The notes below the pieces were generated by a model. That model saw nothing but the letters and a program-made list of their open reading frames with translations, had not been told where the DNA came from and made no database searches. Of a DNA stretch of 52,292 nucleotides, positions 27,048 through 34,996 are shown in pieces. Position 1 is the first letter of the stretch. Each line of letters starts with the position of its first letter. The stretch comes from a virus (taxonomy: Duplodnaviria; Caudoviricetes), in IMG/VR virus record IMGVR_UViG_3300047361_000395, positions 1-52,292 of that record, one strand, 5' to 3'. The position numbers and the translations under genes are program-made.

Positions 27048-29450
27048 CTAATAACCAGCACTTAACGAGTCTTGACCATCAAAATCTATCGGGTCTAAGT
27101 CTTGTTGTCTTTGCTGTATAAGTTTAGACTGTTGAGACGCTTGTTTTGCTGTTCTTTTGTCTTTTCTGTCTTCTTTGTACTTTTCTTTAGTTAGTTGTGT
27201 TTCAACTTGCATTCCTTGAATATTTGCATCCAAAGACTTTTGTTCTTGAATCAACCTAAGCTTCAAGGAAAACTCTTTATCCATTTCCAACATTTTTAAA
27301 TCTGACTCCATTTTCATAAGCTCCATATCGGCTTGTTTTTTAGCCATTTCCCTTTGCTGCTTTGCCTGTTCAGCAGCCATTGCAGAGTCTTGATTTGCTT
27401 TTGCCTGTTGTTGAATATTGTCTTGTTGTCTTTTTTGGTCTTCCTTTTCTTTTGATTTTTTTCTAACCTTAAGAAGTTGAGAAGCTATTTTTACGTTTCT
27501 AACATTTCTAATATCAATAGCATCATCTATATCTATTTTTCCTTGAGATAAGGATGTATTTATGTGTTGCTCTAAAACAGCTCTTTCTTCTTCGTCTGGG
27601 TGTAATTCTATGTAAACGCCAAAATCATGAAGATGAAGCTCTTTTATTTCTTTTAGTATTTCCATACTATATCTGCCGATTGATTTAGCAAAATCCTCTT
27701 TAAATTCAGAAAACTCTAATACATCAGACATTCTATAAGTAACACCTTCAGCAACTCTTCTTGTTATGTTTATTCCTGATTTTAAAATGTGCCTTGTAGC
27801 TGTATTAGAATTTAATGCTGCTATTTTTTGTACACCAACTAAAGAATTTGAGTCTGGAGTAGATCCGTCTCTTGCCTCATTTAGGCCAGTTGCAGATCTA
27901 ATCATCCCTAAATTGTAATTATACATATTTATTAAAGAAGATATTTTTGCGTTTGCACCAGAAGAAGTTAACTCTTGAATAGGCATCTTACCGTGGTTAA
28001 ACTCTCCTTCCTCAGTAAATGACCTTCCTATTACAGATCCGGTTTGAAAATATAAATTCAAAGCCTCTTGTGGTGTATACATTGCTCCATTGCCTAGATT
28101 AATTGAACTTAATCCATCAATATCCATATATACGCCATCAGGAATCATTTTTGCCGTGACCTGTTGGAGTTTAAGATGTATCAGTTGTATCTGATCCGCA
28201 AATGGAATCATTCTTTTTACCAGAGAGTCCACTTGGCCCCTGTACATTTTTGGAGCACTTACAATATAAGGTGCTACCGCTTTGCTCATTGAGGACTTTG
28301 GGCGAACCATGTTCTTCATTAAGTCCCATTTTAGAATGTAATTTGTTCCTAGAACAAGTACACCTTCGTACCATACGTCAATTCTTTTAGAAAGTTTTTC
28401 AAATCTAGCTTTCTCTGTTTTTGGTGGGTTAAATTGATCGTCTTTTTTAAGTACCTTGTCTCCTCCTTGAGATGTTTTCTTCTTTTTATATACGATATTC
28501 TTGTCCGTTTTATAACAGAAATACAACAACGTTGCAGTGTTGTGGTCAAAATTGTCTGTCTTGTATCCGCCTCGTATTCCTTGGTAAGCATCCCATTTAG
28601 AAGACATCTTTGATATTTCCTTTATGTCTTCTTGACTTAAGGAAGGGTCTATTTTTTTTAATTCTGTTATATTTACGTTTTTGACTTCTCCAAAATAATA
28701 ACAATCTTCAAAATCTTGATCTTCAGTAGGGCTCCATATTAAGTTTGCTGGATCTACGTATTCGACTTTTATTCCATCATGAGTATTAAAAGAATGCTTT
28801 ACAGAAGATATCCCCAATGTAGTTTGATCTTCATCAATTTTGTTTCTTATTTGCTCATAATTATTCATTCTTAAGACATTTTCAATAGCCTTTTCTTGAG
28901 CAATTTCTATATCATCTTTGTAGTTTAGTTGCATTTGCAGCTCTAACTCATCAGGACTTTGTGGAAGCGTTGTTGGGTCTTGATCAAACATATCTTTTCC
29001 AGTAATCTGCTGCATTTCCATTAAGTCATTCTTATTCCTCATTTCAGCCTGTAGCTTCAACTTATACATGGCTTTTTTATTGGATGATATTGAATCAACA
29101 GCATCAACCATAACGTCATACAGTCTATTCTGCATTCCATTAACCACTATATCTACAAACTTTGGTATTACCGGAACTGGTGTCCAGTCTAAATTTAGAT
29201 ATGATATGTCTCCATTTATAGCAAGCTCATCCTTGTACTTTTGAACCGACTGCTCTCCCATAGCATAAGTTCTTAGCTTATGGTAAGTATCTCTGTTATT
29301 ATAAAATCTTGAAGTTCCGCTTTCTTTTCTAAACCACTCGGACTCTATTGCTCGAGCCACAACTAACCCATACTCCTTAGATCCTTTTTTTGAATCAGAA
29401 GCGAGTTGATCTGGAAAGCCAATAACATTCCTTGTTTGGACTCCGTTCAT
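27048..29450 (-). CDS. portal protein
   Basis: 800 aa; YLNLDWTPVPVIPKFVDIVVNGM, VEYVDPANL and TGLNEARDGS-x-PD; C-terminal coiled coil; follows terL. Confidence 0.85.
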   Translation of the reverse strand: MNGVQTRNVIGFPDQLASDSKKGSKEYGLVVARAIESEWFRKESGTSRFYNNRDTYHKLRTYAMGEQSVQKYKDELAINGDISYLNLDWTPVPVIPKFVDIVVNGMQNRLYDVMVDAVDSISSNKKAMYKLKLQAEMRNKNDLMEMQQITGKDMFDQDPTTLPQSPDELELQMQLNYKDDIEIAQEKAIENVLRMNNYEQIRNKIDEDQTTLGISSVKHSFNTHDGIKVEYVDPANLIWSPTEDQDFEDCYYFGEVKNVNITELKKIDPSLSQEDIKEISKMSSKWDAYQGIRGGYKTDNFDHNTATLLYFCYKTDKNIVYKKKKTSQGGDKVLKKDDQFNPPKTEKARFEKLSKRIDVWYEGVLVLGTNYILKWDLMKNMVRPKSSMSKAVAPYIVSAPKMYRGQVDSLVKRMIPFADQIQLIHLKLQQVTAKMIPDGVYMDIDGLSSINLGNGAMYTPQEALNLYFQTGSVIGRSFTEEGEFNHGKMPIQELTSSGANAKISSLINMYNYNLGMIRSATGLNEARDGSTPDSNSLVGVQKIAALNSNTATRHILKSGINITRRVAEGVTYRMSDVLEFSEFKEDFAKSIGRYSMEILKEIKELHLHDFGVYIELHPDEEERAVLEQHINTSLSQGKIDIDDAIDIRNVRNVKIASQLLKVRKKSKEKEDQKRQQDNIQQQAKANQDSAMAAEQAKQQREMAKKQADMELMKMESDLKMLEMDKEFSLKLRLIQEQKSLDANIQGMQVETQLTKEKYKEDRKDKRTAKQASQQSKLIQQRQQDLDPIDFDGQDSLSAGY

Positions 29451-29457
29451 ATATTTT

Positions 29458-31737
29458 TTATCTCAATATTGTACTTGTTATTCCACCATTATTGTACCTT
29501 GCAAAGGTAACATTTATTTCTTTAACATTTTTCTTCGGTTTGCTAACATATTTGTTATTTGCCATAAGGGCAAATCCAGAACTTACGGTAGCATCAAACT
29601 TTGTTCTGTTGTTTATATCATAGTTTGCCCAGTCTAAAAGCGTCCTTGTAAAATACATATTTCCAGAGCCCGAATCTAACAACCCAACATTTTGTTCAAT
29701 ATAAGACTCTATTGCTTCAGCATGAATTGATATTACTGCTGACGAAGAAGGAATTCCTCCAAGCTCTCTTTCTGCTTTAGATAAATCATTCTTGTGCTTA
29801 TCTGGTCTTGATAAACTAAACCCCCTGTATCCTCTATTTTTTAAATGATAAAGAAGTCTTGGTTTGTTATTTTCAGCAAGGACCGGCATCCCATAAAAAA
29901 CACAAGCCATCAAAACATCTTCGTAGAATATTTCAGCAGTCTGAGGTCTACTTATATATTCTAAAAAAAACAAATTAGATGGACCTTCAAAGTTTATTTT
30001 GGTTATTCCATGAAGAGAACCATTAGACCCTCCGCCCCCTACAGTTCCAGATATATCATAACTATCACATCCAAAAGCCCCTATGTGTTCGTTACCTGGA
30101 TACTTTATTCCGTTTTTATTTATTATTCTATTCCTTAATTCAAGTGGAGGTATCCATGTAACATAAAATCTTCCTTTTGGATTTGGAGACCAAACAACTT
30201 CTGTGTCTTTTTTACCATTAGCCCAAGAAAAATTACCTCTTTGCAATACCCTCTGCGCTTCTAATCCGTCGTTATAATCTATCTGCTCATATATTTTGCT
30301 GAGATTATACAAAGTGTTCTTAGACTCATCCCTAAAGGCATGATTTTCTGTTCTTGGAAACTGCCTATAAAACTCATTTAAAGCGTCTGAATCATTTTTT
30401 AAAGACTCAACTTCATTATTCCAGTAATTAATTACGCCTATATCTATATCCATTCCATCAATTCCTTCTACGACGGATTCTGGTGTGTTAAAAACAGGGT
30501 GACCATGTTTATCTATAAAGCCCTCCATGTTCCATTCCATAGGAATAAATAAACTGTATATTCCACTCTTTGTTTGGCCATTAGAATTTCTTTCTAAAAC
30601 ATCAGAAGCTCTATAAAGTTTTTTAAAATTATCTCCACCCTTATCTAGTGAGTTTGATGTGGATCCCATCATACACTTTCCAATAACCTTTCTACCTAAT
30701 CGTAATGTAGTTTTAGTGACCCTCCAGTTGTTGAGGATATTATCGGGCCTTTCCCATTTACCAGATTCATCATGTACAAGGAGTCTGAGTTTTTCACCAT
30801 CGTAAGAGTTATCTCCTGTGTTTCTCCAGTCGATAGTAGTGTCAAGACCTGTAAGCTCCTCTGTATTTGATTGCTCAATAGATTTTCTTGTAAGTTTTGA
30901 AGCTGGCACTCTATAGGCAAGTTCAGTTTTTGGTCGATCCATTCCGTCCTGTATAGGCTTGAAGAAAAAAGGATAGTTTGTGGATATTGGAACGACTTTA
31001 TCTGTAAACATTTTTTTAGCATCTGAACCTGTTTTTGATAAAATTCCAAATCTTGCGTCGGAAGTAATTGTGGCTTGATTGACAGTTTCCGATGACGACA
31101 TAAAGCTAAATCCACTCCGTCTATTTTTGAGGTAGCACATTCCAAAACATCTGATGTCTGCCTTGCAAGCTTCCCAGAATATATAGAATAATCTGTTTGA
31201 CTCCCTAAACTCTGGGTGCCCAACATCAATCTTGGTCCACTGGAGATACATGTAGTGAGAGCCAGTAATATAAGTAGAGACACCATTATTCTTAAACCAA
31301 AATCCATTTTCTCTTCTTTCAAATTCCGCTTCAATATATGATATCCAAGATTGTTTGAAGTCAGAAGGGTATTCATTCCATTGAAATATACTTTTAATTT
31401 TTTTAAGTTCTTTTGGATATTCTGAAGGCTCCCAATACTGATCTTTTTTTTCATTGCTTTTATGGTATACAGATTTTGGCTGCAAAGGTAGTCCAATTTT
31501 TAAATTCTGTATTTCTACAACATCACCTAAAGTTCCATCTTTGGATATAATGATTATATCATAATCTTTATCATAACCATACTTCCAGGATTTTAATTTA
31601 TTTTTACTTTTTCGTACAGATTGTTTTATGTCATCCTGCACAATTCTATAAAGACTAAGACTTCCTGCCTCTAGTTTCTGCGAAGCTTTGGAATCCCTTA
31701 TCTTTTCCTGAACTTGTTTCAGATTCGTCCGTGCCAT
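29458..31737 (-). CDS. terL: terminase large subunit (start uncertain)
   Basis: Walker A LKNRRSGFS, Walker B LLVHDESGKW, MGSTSN, RuvC-like nuclease motifs FGCDSYD and LAENNK, and FDATVSSG. Confidence 0.9.
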   Translation of the reverse strand: MARTNLKQVQEKIRDSKASQKLEAGSLSLYRIVQDDIKQSVRKSKNKLKSWKYGYDKDYDIIIISKDGTLGDVVEIQNLKIGLPLQPKSVYHKSNEKKDQYWEPSEYPKELKKIKSIFQWNEYPSDFKQSWISYIEAEFERRENGFWFKNNGVSTYITGSHYMYLQWTKIDVGHPEFRESNRLFYIFWEACKADIRCFGMCYLKNRRSGFSFMSSSETVNQATITSDARFGILSKTGSDAKKMFTDKVVPISTNYPFFFKPIQDGMDRPKTELAYRVPASKLTRKSIEQSNTEELTGLDTTIDWRNTGDNSYDGEKLRLLVHDESGKWERPDNILNNWRVTKTTLRLGRKVIGKCMMGSTSNSLDKGGDNFKKLYRASDVLERNSNGQTKSGIYSLFIPMEWNMEGFIDKHGHPVFNTPESVVEGIDGMDIDIGVINYWNNEVESLKNDSDALNEFYRQFPRTENHAFRDESKNTLYNLSKIYEQIDYNDGLEAQRVLQRGNFSWANGKKDTEVVWSPNPKGRFYVTWIPPLELRNRIINKNGIKYPGNEHIGAFGCDSYDISGTVGGGGSNGSLHGITKINFEGPSNLFFLEYISRPQTAEIFYEDVLMACVFYGMPVLAENNKPRLLYHLKNRGYRGFSLSRPDKHKNDLSKAERELGGIPSSSAVISIHAEAIESYIEQNVGLLDSGSGNMYFTRTLLDWANYDINNRTKFDATVSSGFALMANNKYVSKPKKNVKEINVTFARYNNGGITSTILR
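29502..29509 (-). promoter_or_regulatory. possible -7 box (TACCTTTG) for the portal gene, inside the terL 3' end
   Basis: TAnnTTTG about 50 nt upstream of the portal ATG. Confidence 0.4.
30696..31307 (-). CDS. candidate overprinted lipoprotein in the +1 frame of terL (203 aa from ATG 31307; frame open from 31496)
   Basis: 266-codon open frame inside terL. ATG 31307 follows A-rich GAAAGAAGAGAAA; the N-terminus MDFGLRIMVSLLILLALTTC has a signal-peptide-II layout with Cys20. Confidence 0.45.
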   Translation of the reverse strand: MDFGLRIMVSLLILLALTTCISSGPRLMLGTQSLGSQTDYSIYSGKLARQTSDVLECATSKIDGVDLALCRHRKLSIKPQLLPTQDLEFYQKQVQMLKKCLQIKSFQYPQTILFSSSLYRTEWIDQKLNLPIECQLQNLQENLLSNQIQRSLQVLTLLSTGETQEITLTMVKNSDSLYMMNLVNGKGPIISSTTGGSLKLHYD

Positions 31738-31957
31738 TTAATTTTTCTCTTTCAATCTCTATCCTTTGAAGTATCTCAAAAGCATCAAATATTGCTAGTT
31801 TTTTTGTTGCGGCTGCATTCTTAAGCCTATCAGCAGCAAGATCATCATCTGGGTGTCCAGTAATAATTTCTTCTTCAGCAACCTTTATAAGTTCTTCAAC
31901 AGCTTTTTCTCCAGCACTAATTACCTTTTGTATTGTTTCTATAACCTTTACTTCCAT
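31655..31957 (-). CDS. terS: terminase small subunit (putative)
   Basis: 100-aa helical protein (AVEELIKVA...DRLKNAAATKKLAIFDAFEIL) directly upstream of and overlapping terL. Confidence 0.65.
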   Translation of the reverse strand: MEVKVIETIQKVISAGEKAVEELIKVAEEEIITGHPDDDLAADRLKNAAATKKLAIFDAFEILQRIEIEREKLNGTDESETSSGKDKGFQSFAETRGRKS

Positions 31958-32153
31958 TTTTAATTGTTTTGTGCCACAATATTTGGGCTAGCTTAATTTC
32001 ATTTGGATCTTCAATAGAAACACTATTAATTATTTTTTGATACGTTTTTACTCTCAATGCTTGTCTTTGCTTCTGTACTTGAAGTTGTGAAGTACATCCC
32101 ATCAATAGAATCACCCCAATACTCGCCAGTAGCGTTGTTTTTAATGTTTTCAT
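31917..32153 (-). CDS. small lipoprotein (o-spanin candidate)
   Basis: MKTLKTTLLASIGVILLMG-C: basic N-region, hydrophobic core, lipobox with Cys20. Confidence 0.55.
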   Translation of the reverse strand: MKTLKTTLLASIGVILLMGCTSQLQVQKQRQALRVKTYQKIINSVSIEDPNEIKLAQILWHKTIKNGSKGYRNNTKGN

Positions 32154-32274
32154 TCTGTTTGTTTGTTTGTTGAAGTAGTAATACTTCAGTTAGTTTGTCG
32201 ATACTTTTTCGTATCTCTTTTAATTCATTTCTTAAGCCATTTGACTTTACAGTTACTTCTGTTTTCTTACTCAT
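32026..32274 (-). CDS. hypothetical coiled-coil protein
   Basis: Overlaps the upstream stop; helical N-half (LRNELKEIRKSIDKLTEVL); 3' part overlaps the lipoprotein gene by 128 nt. Confidence 0.5.
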   Translation of the reverse strand: MSKKTEVTVKSNGLRNELKEIRKSIDKLTEVLLLQQTNKQNENIKNNATGEYWGDSIDGMYFTTSSTEAKTSIESKNVSKNN

Positions 32275-32518
32275 TTTTTACATTAGATTTTGACATTGCT
32301 TCAAGCAACCCTCTTTCGTATTCAACTTGTTTTTCTATATTTAATATTCTTTCTTCAAGTTTATTTATAAAAACAATTTTTTCGTCTAACCTGTCGTGGA
32401 CTAAAGATATTTCATCTTTTAATGCCGTAAACTCTGCAAATATTCCTCCTGCTGTAAATACAGCAACAACAAACGATATTACTATTGATAGGTTGTTCTT
32501 TAAAAATGCGTCCGGCAT
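32267..32518 (-). CDS. single-TM coiled-coil protein (i-spanin-like topology)
   Basis: N-terminal TM LSIVISFVVAVFTAGGIFA followed by heptad-rich coiled coil. Confidence 0.55.
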   Translation of the reverse strand: MPDAFLKNNLSIVISFVVAVFTAGGIFAEFTALKDEISLVHDRLDEKIVFINKLEERILNIEKQVEYERGLLEAMSKSNVKNE

Positions 32519-32536
32519 TAGTTATTTTTTTTTGCT

Positions 32537-33082
32537 TTATGTAAATTTAACACAAATATCATTAACTTTCATTCTGTACATTTTTTCTCCACCCAATTCA
32601 AACTCATATTCAGAGTTTTTGGTAAATCCAACACGAGTTCCTTTTGGAAATAAAGAGCTGTGTCTTATAAGTCCCATATGCTCTTCTTCTTTTTCATTTG
32701 ATTGATATATACTATCATCTTGAATATAATCATAAGGAGAAACAAAAACATATCCTTCAGTACACTTCCAACCTTCTCCATCATTATACATATATATTCT
32801 TTCAGGACCAACTAAATATTTTTCATCTCTGAAATACTCATTACTTTTTCTTTGTCTTCCCTTCATGTCCAGGTAAGTTCTAAAAACGTTATGGTGAACA
32901 ACAACAAGGCTTCCGTTAGGAATTTCAGAATTTTTAGGGGTTGATATAACAAGTCCAATTCTATTAACATATTTTACATCCTCTATAGATGTGTTAACTA
33001 TCAAAGAATGCCCGTCAATATTTTTTGTGTTTTTGTATTCTTTCCCGTAGGGAGCAATTAAATACTTATTCCTAGGGATCAT
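32537..33082 (-). CDS. GroES-like co-chaperonin, apparently a tandem double domain
   Basis: Two GroES-like halves: YLIAP...LIVNT...IGLVISTP...GSLVVV, and YVFVSP...MGLIRH...GTRVGFTKNSEYEFELGGEKMYRMKVNDI. Confidence 0.55.
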   Translation of the reverse strand: MIPRNKYLIAPYGKEYKNTKNIDGHSLIVNTSIEDVKYVNRIGLVISTPKNSEIPNGSLVVVHHNVFRTYLDMKGRQRKSNEYFRDEKYLVGPERIYMYNDGEGWKCTEGYVFVSPYDYIQDDSIYQSNEKEEEHMGLIRHSSLFPKGTRVGFTKNSEYEFELGGEKMYRMKVNDICVKFT

Positions 33083-33297
33083 ATGGCGTTTAGATTATAC
33101 TCAACCATAACAGGGGTGTTTGTGACTTCTTTCCATTTAACAACCTCTCCGTCTTTTTTAACCCAAACAGAATACCCTTTTTCTTCAAAATTAATACTGT
33201 CTATTAGGTAAGATCCTCCAAGAACCTCCTGTCCAACTATATAATGCATAGCATTCTTGTAGTCAGAACCAACTGATATTTTTCTTATATAGTTCAT
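33079..33297 (-). CDS. small phage protein of unknown function
   Basis: IRKISVGSDYKNAMHYIVGQ...WKE...VEYN; ATGA-type overlap with the downstream gene. Confidence 0.65.
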   Translation of the reverse strand: MNYIRKISVGSDYKNAMHYIVGQEVLGGSYLIDSINFEEKGYSVWVKKDGEVVKWKEVTNTPVMVEYNLNAI

Positions 33298-33330
33298 ATT
33301 TTTTCATTATAGTAGATTTTACAATTTTAA

Positions 33331-33606
33331 TTAAAGGGAAGGACAGGTGTCAGGAAAGCTTTCTGTATTAGGCCAATCTCTTAATTTTTGCCTGTATAAA
33401 ATATAAGCTTCTCTTTGAGAGTGATCTGAAATAGGAATGATCCAATCCGTGTTTTTTAATTCTAAGTCCCTCCAATCTTTTTGATACTTCTCAAAATCAG
33501 AATCCTCCATTTCAAGATATTGTTCAGCATTAAGATCCTCATAAAGTTCTTTAGATGAAGAATAAACCTTTAATACTTTTTCCTTTTTTATAGATATATA
33601 TTTCAT
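33331..33606 (-). CDS. tail fibre assembly chaperone
   Basis: WRDLELKNTDW...YRQKLRDWP...FP motif of phage tail assembly chaperones; directly follows a fibre gene. Confidence 0.75.
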   Translation of the reverse strand: MKYISIKKEKVLKVYSSSKELYEDLNAEQYLEMEDSDFEKYQKDWRDLELKNTDWIIPISDHSQREAYILYRQKLRDWPNTESFPDTCPSL

Positions 33607-33607
33607 A

Positions 33608-34780
33608 TTAAGCTATTCTTTTCCATAAATAAATTAAGTTGCCGCCTTGTCCAAGAATATCATTTGAATCAACATCTTGAAGGTGAATAAGTGCTTTGCT
33701 TGCAGCAGTTCCGGTAAAAGGGCCCTCTACGGTTTCAACAAGATCGTACCTTGTGAAAGTTTGAGACGCTGAATTATTTCCAGTACTCCCACCTGTTCTT
33801 GTCCAAAACTGTGTTACGTTGTCGGAATTTTTAAAAGCAGGAACACAAACAAAACCTACATGATAACTTGTATCAGTAATAGCACCAGGAAGTCCACTAA
33901 AAGTAAGGGTATTGTTTCCATTCAAATCATACTGATGTAAAGATGTTCCGCTATGAACATAAAGTTTATCTACACCATCCGACATAAATCTTTCAGCAGA
34001 TGCAACAGTAAATGTATTTGACGGACTAACCGCTGTAAATGGATTTGTTCCGTTTGACGCTGATGCATTAAAAGTGTATTCTGTTACCGTAGTTCCGTCT
34101 TGGCTAACTCCCCAATATCTCGGTGTTGTCTGGATATTTGTTGTAGCCATTAATGGAACAGGAAGTGTAAAATAGTTGGTTTGTGAATATCCGTTTGTTG
34201 AGCCAGTAAAAGAAGTGAAAGGGGTATAAGCATGTTTAGCTGCACTATAAAAACTATTAATTCCAGGTCTGTGAAATCCAGTAAAAGCATGAGTGTCATT
34301 ATAAAAAGATGAACCAAAAACCCATCCCATTGGGTTTGTTGTCCCTCCTGGGTCTTGTGAATATCCGGCTGAAAAAGGCCCAGTTGAGGCGTAACTCGTA
34401 GCTATATTAGTGTTATCTTCATCACGAAGAGCATAAGACCCATAATTATTACTTCCTCTTAATCCAATCGCCTGAAGATGAACGCCATTATAACCAAAGG
34501 ATGTCCTACCAACGTAGCCTCCGCCTCCACTAAAAGTATTTGATGACACAAGTAAAGAATTAGTAGAACCAGAATACTGTGAAGCCTCTAAAACTCCAGA
34601 ATCCGACGAAAGAATAGTAGCGGCTGTTTTAATCCAAACAATATTGTCTGCGTCTGTGTATACTTCTTTTCCTGAAGTAAAGCTAACACCTACGGGATTT
34701 TCAAAAAAAGCAAAACCTCCTATTGGAGTTCCTCCGCCTCCGCCCCCGTCTAACTGTGTCGCTCCTAAATATACTGCCAT
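33608..34780 (-). CDS. tail fibre / receptor-binding protein
   Basis: Gly linker GGGGGGTPIG, Ser/Thr/Gly-rich beta content, C-terminal YLWKRIA typical of fibre ends; followed by a chaperone. Confidence 0.65.
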   Translation of the reverse strand: MAVYLGATQLDGGGGGGTPIGGFAFFENPVGVSFTSGKEVYTDADNIVWIKTAATILSSDSGVLEASQYSGSTNSLLVSSNTFSGGGGYVGRTSFGYNGVHLQAIGLRGSNNYGSYALRDEDNTNIATSYASTGPFSAGYSQDPGGTTNPMGWVFGSSFYNDTHAFTGFHRPGINSFYSAAKHAYTPFTSFTGSTNGYSQTNYFTLPVPLMATTNIQTTPRYWGVSQDGTTVTEYTFNASASNGTNPFTAVSPSNTFTVASAERFMSDGVDKLYVHSGTSLHQYDLNGNNTLTFSGLPGAITDTSYHVGFVCVPAFKNSDNVTQFWTRTGGSTGNNSASQTFTRYDLVETVEGPFTGTAASKALIHLQDVDSNDILGQGGNLIYLWKRIA

Positions 34781-34783
34781 AAT

Positions 34784-34969
34784 TTATGTTGTTATATATA
34801 ATGTTGAGGCGCTGTAAGAGCCTAAAGCATCATAAGCTGATTGTGTCAGTGTAATTATTTTAGCTACAGATGAGTCTACTTTGCCAGAGGTAATTGTTGT
34901 ATTGGCTATTTTAGTTCCTGTTATAGTAGCGTCTTTTATAACGTCTGCTGTTACTTGTGTTGCTGCCAT
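34784..34969 (-). CDS. small tail-fibre adaptor protein
   Basis: I-x-D-x-TIT-x2-KI repeats plus C-terminal TLTQSAYDAL...TLYIT motif seen in fibre/baseplate proteins. Confidence 0.6.
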   Translation of the reverse strand: MAATQVTADVIKDATITGTKIANTTITSGKVDSSVAKIITLTQSAYDALGSYSASTLYITT

Positions 34970-34982
34970 TTTTTATTTTTTA

Positions 34983-34990
34983 CAAATTTA
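34983..34990 (-). promoter_or_regulatory. -7 promoter box (TAAATTTG)
   Basis: TAnnTTTG in the 27-bp gap, 13 nt upstream of ATG 34969. Confidence 0.55.
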
Positions 34991-34996
34991 CAAATT

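Noticed and set aside
28171-28591. Two same-strand nested ORFs (80 and 67 aa) in the portal gene
   Set aside because: Short enough to be chance, in different frames, with no signal or motif.
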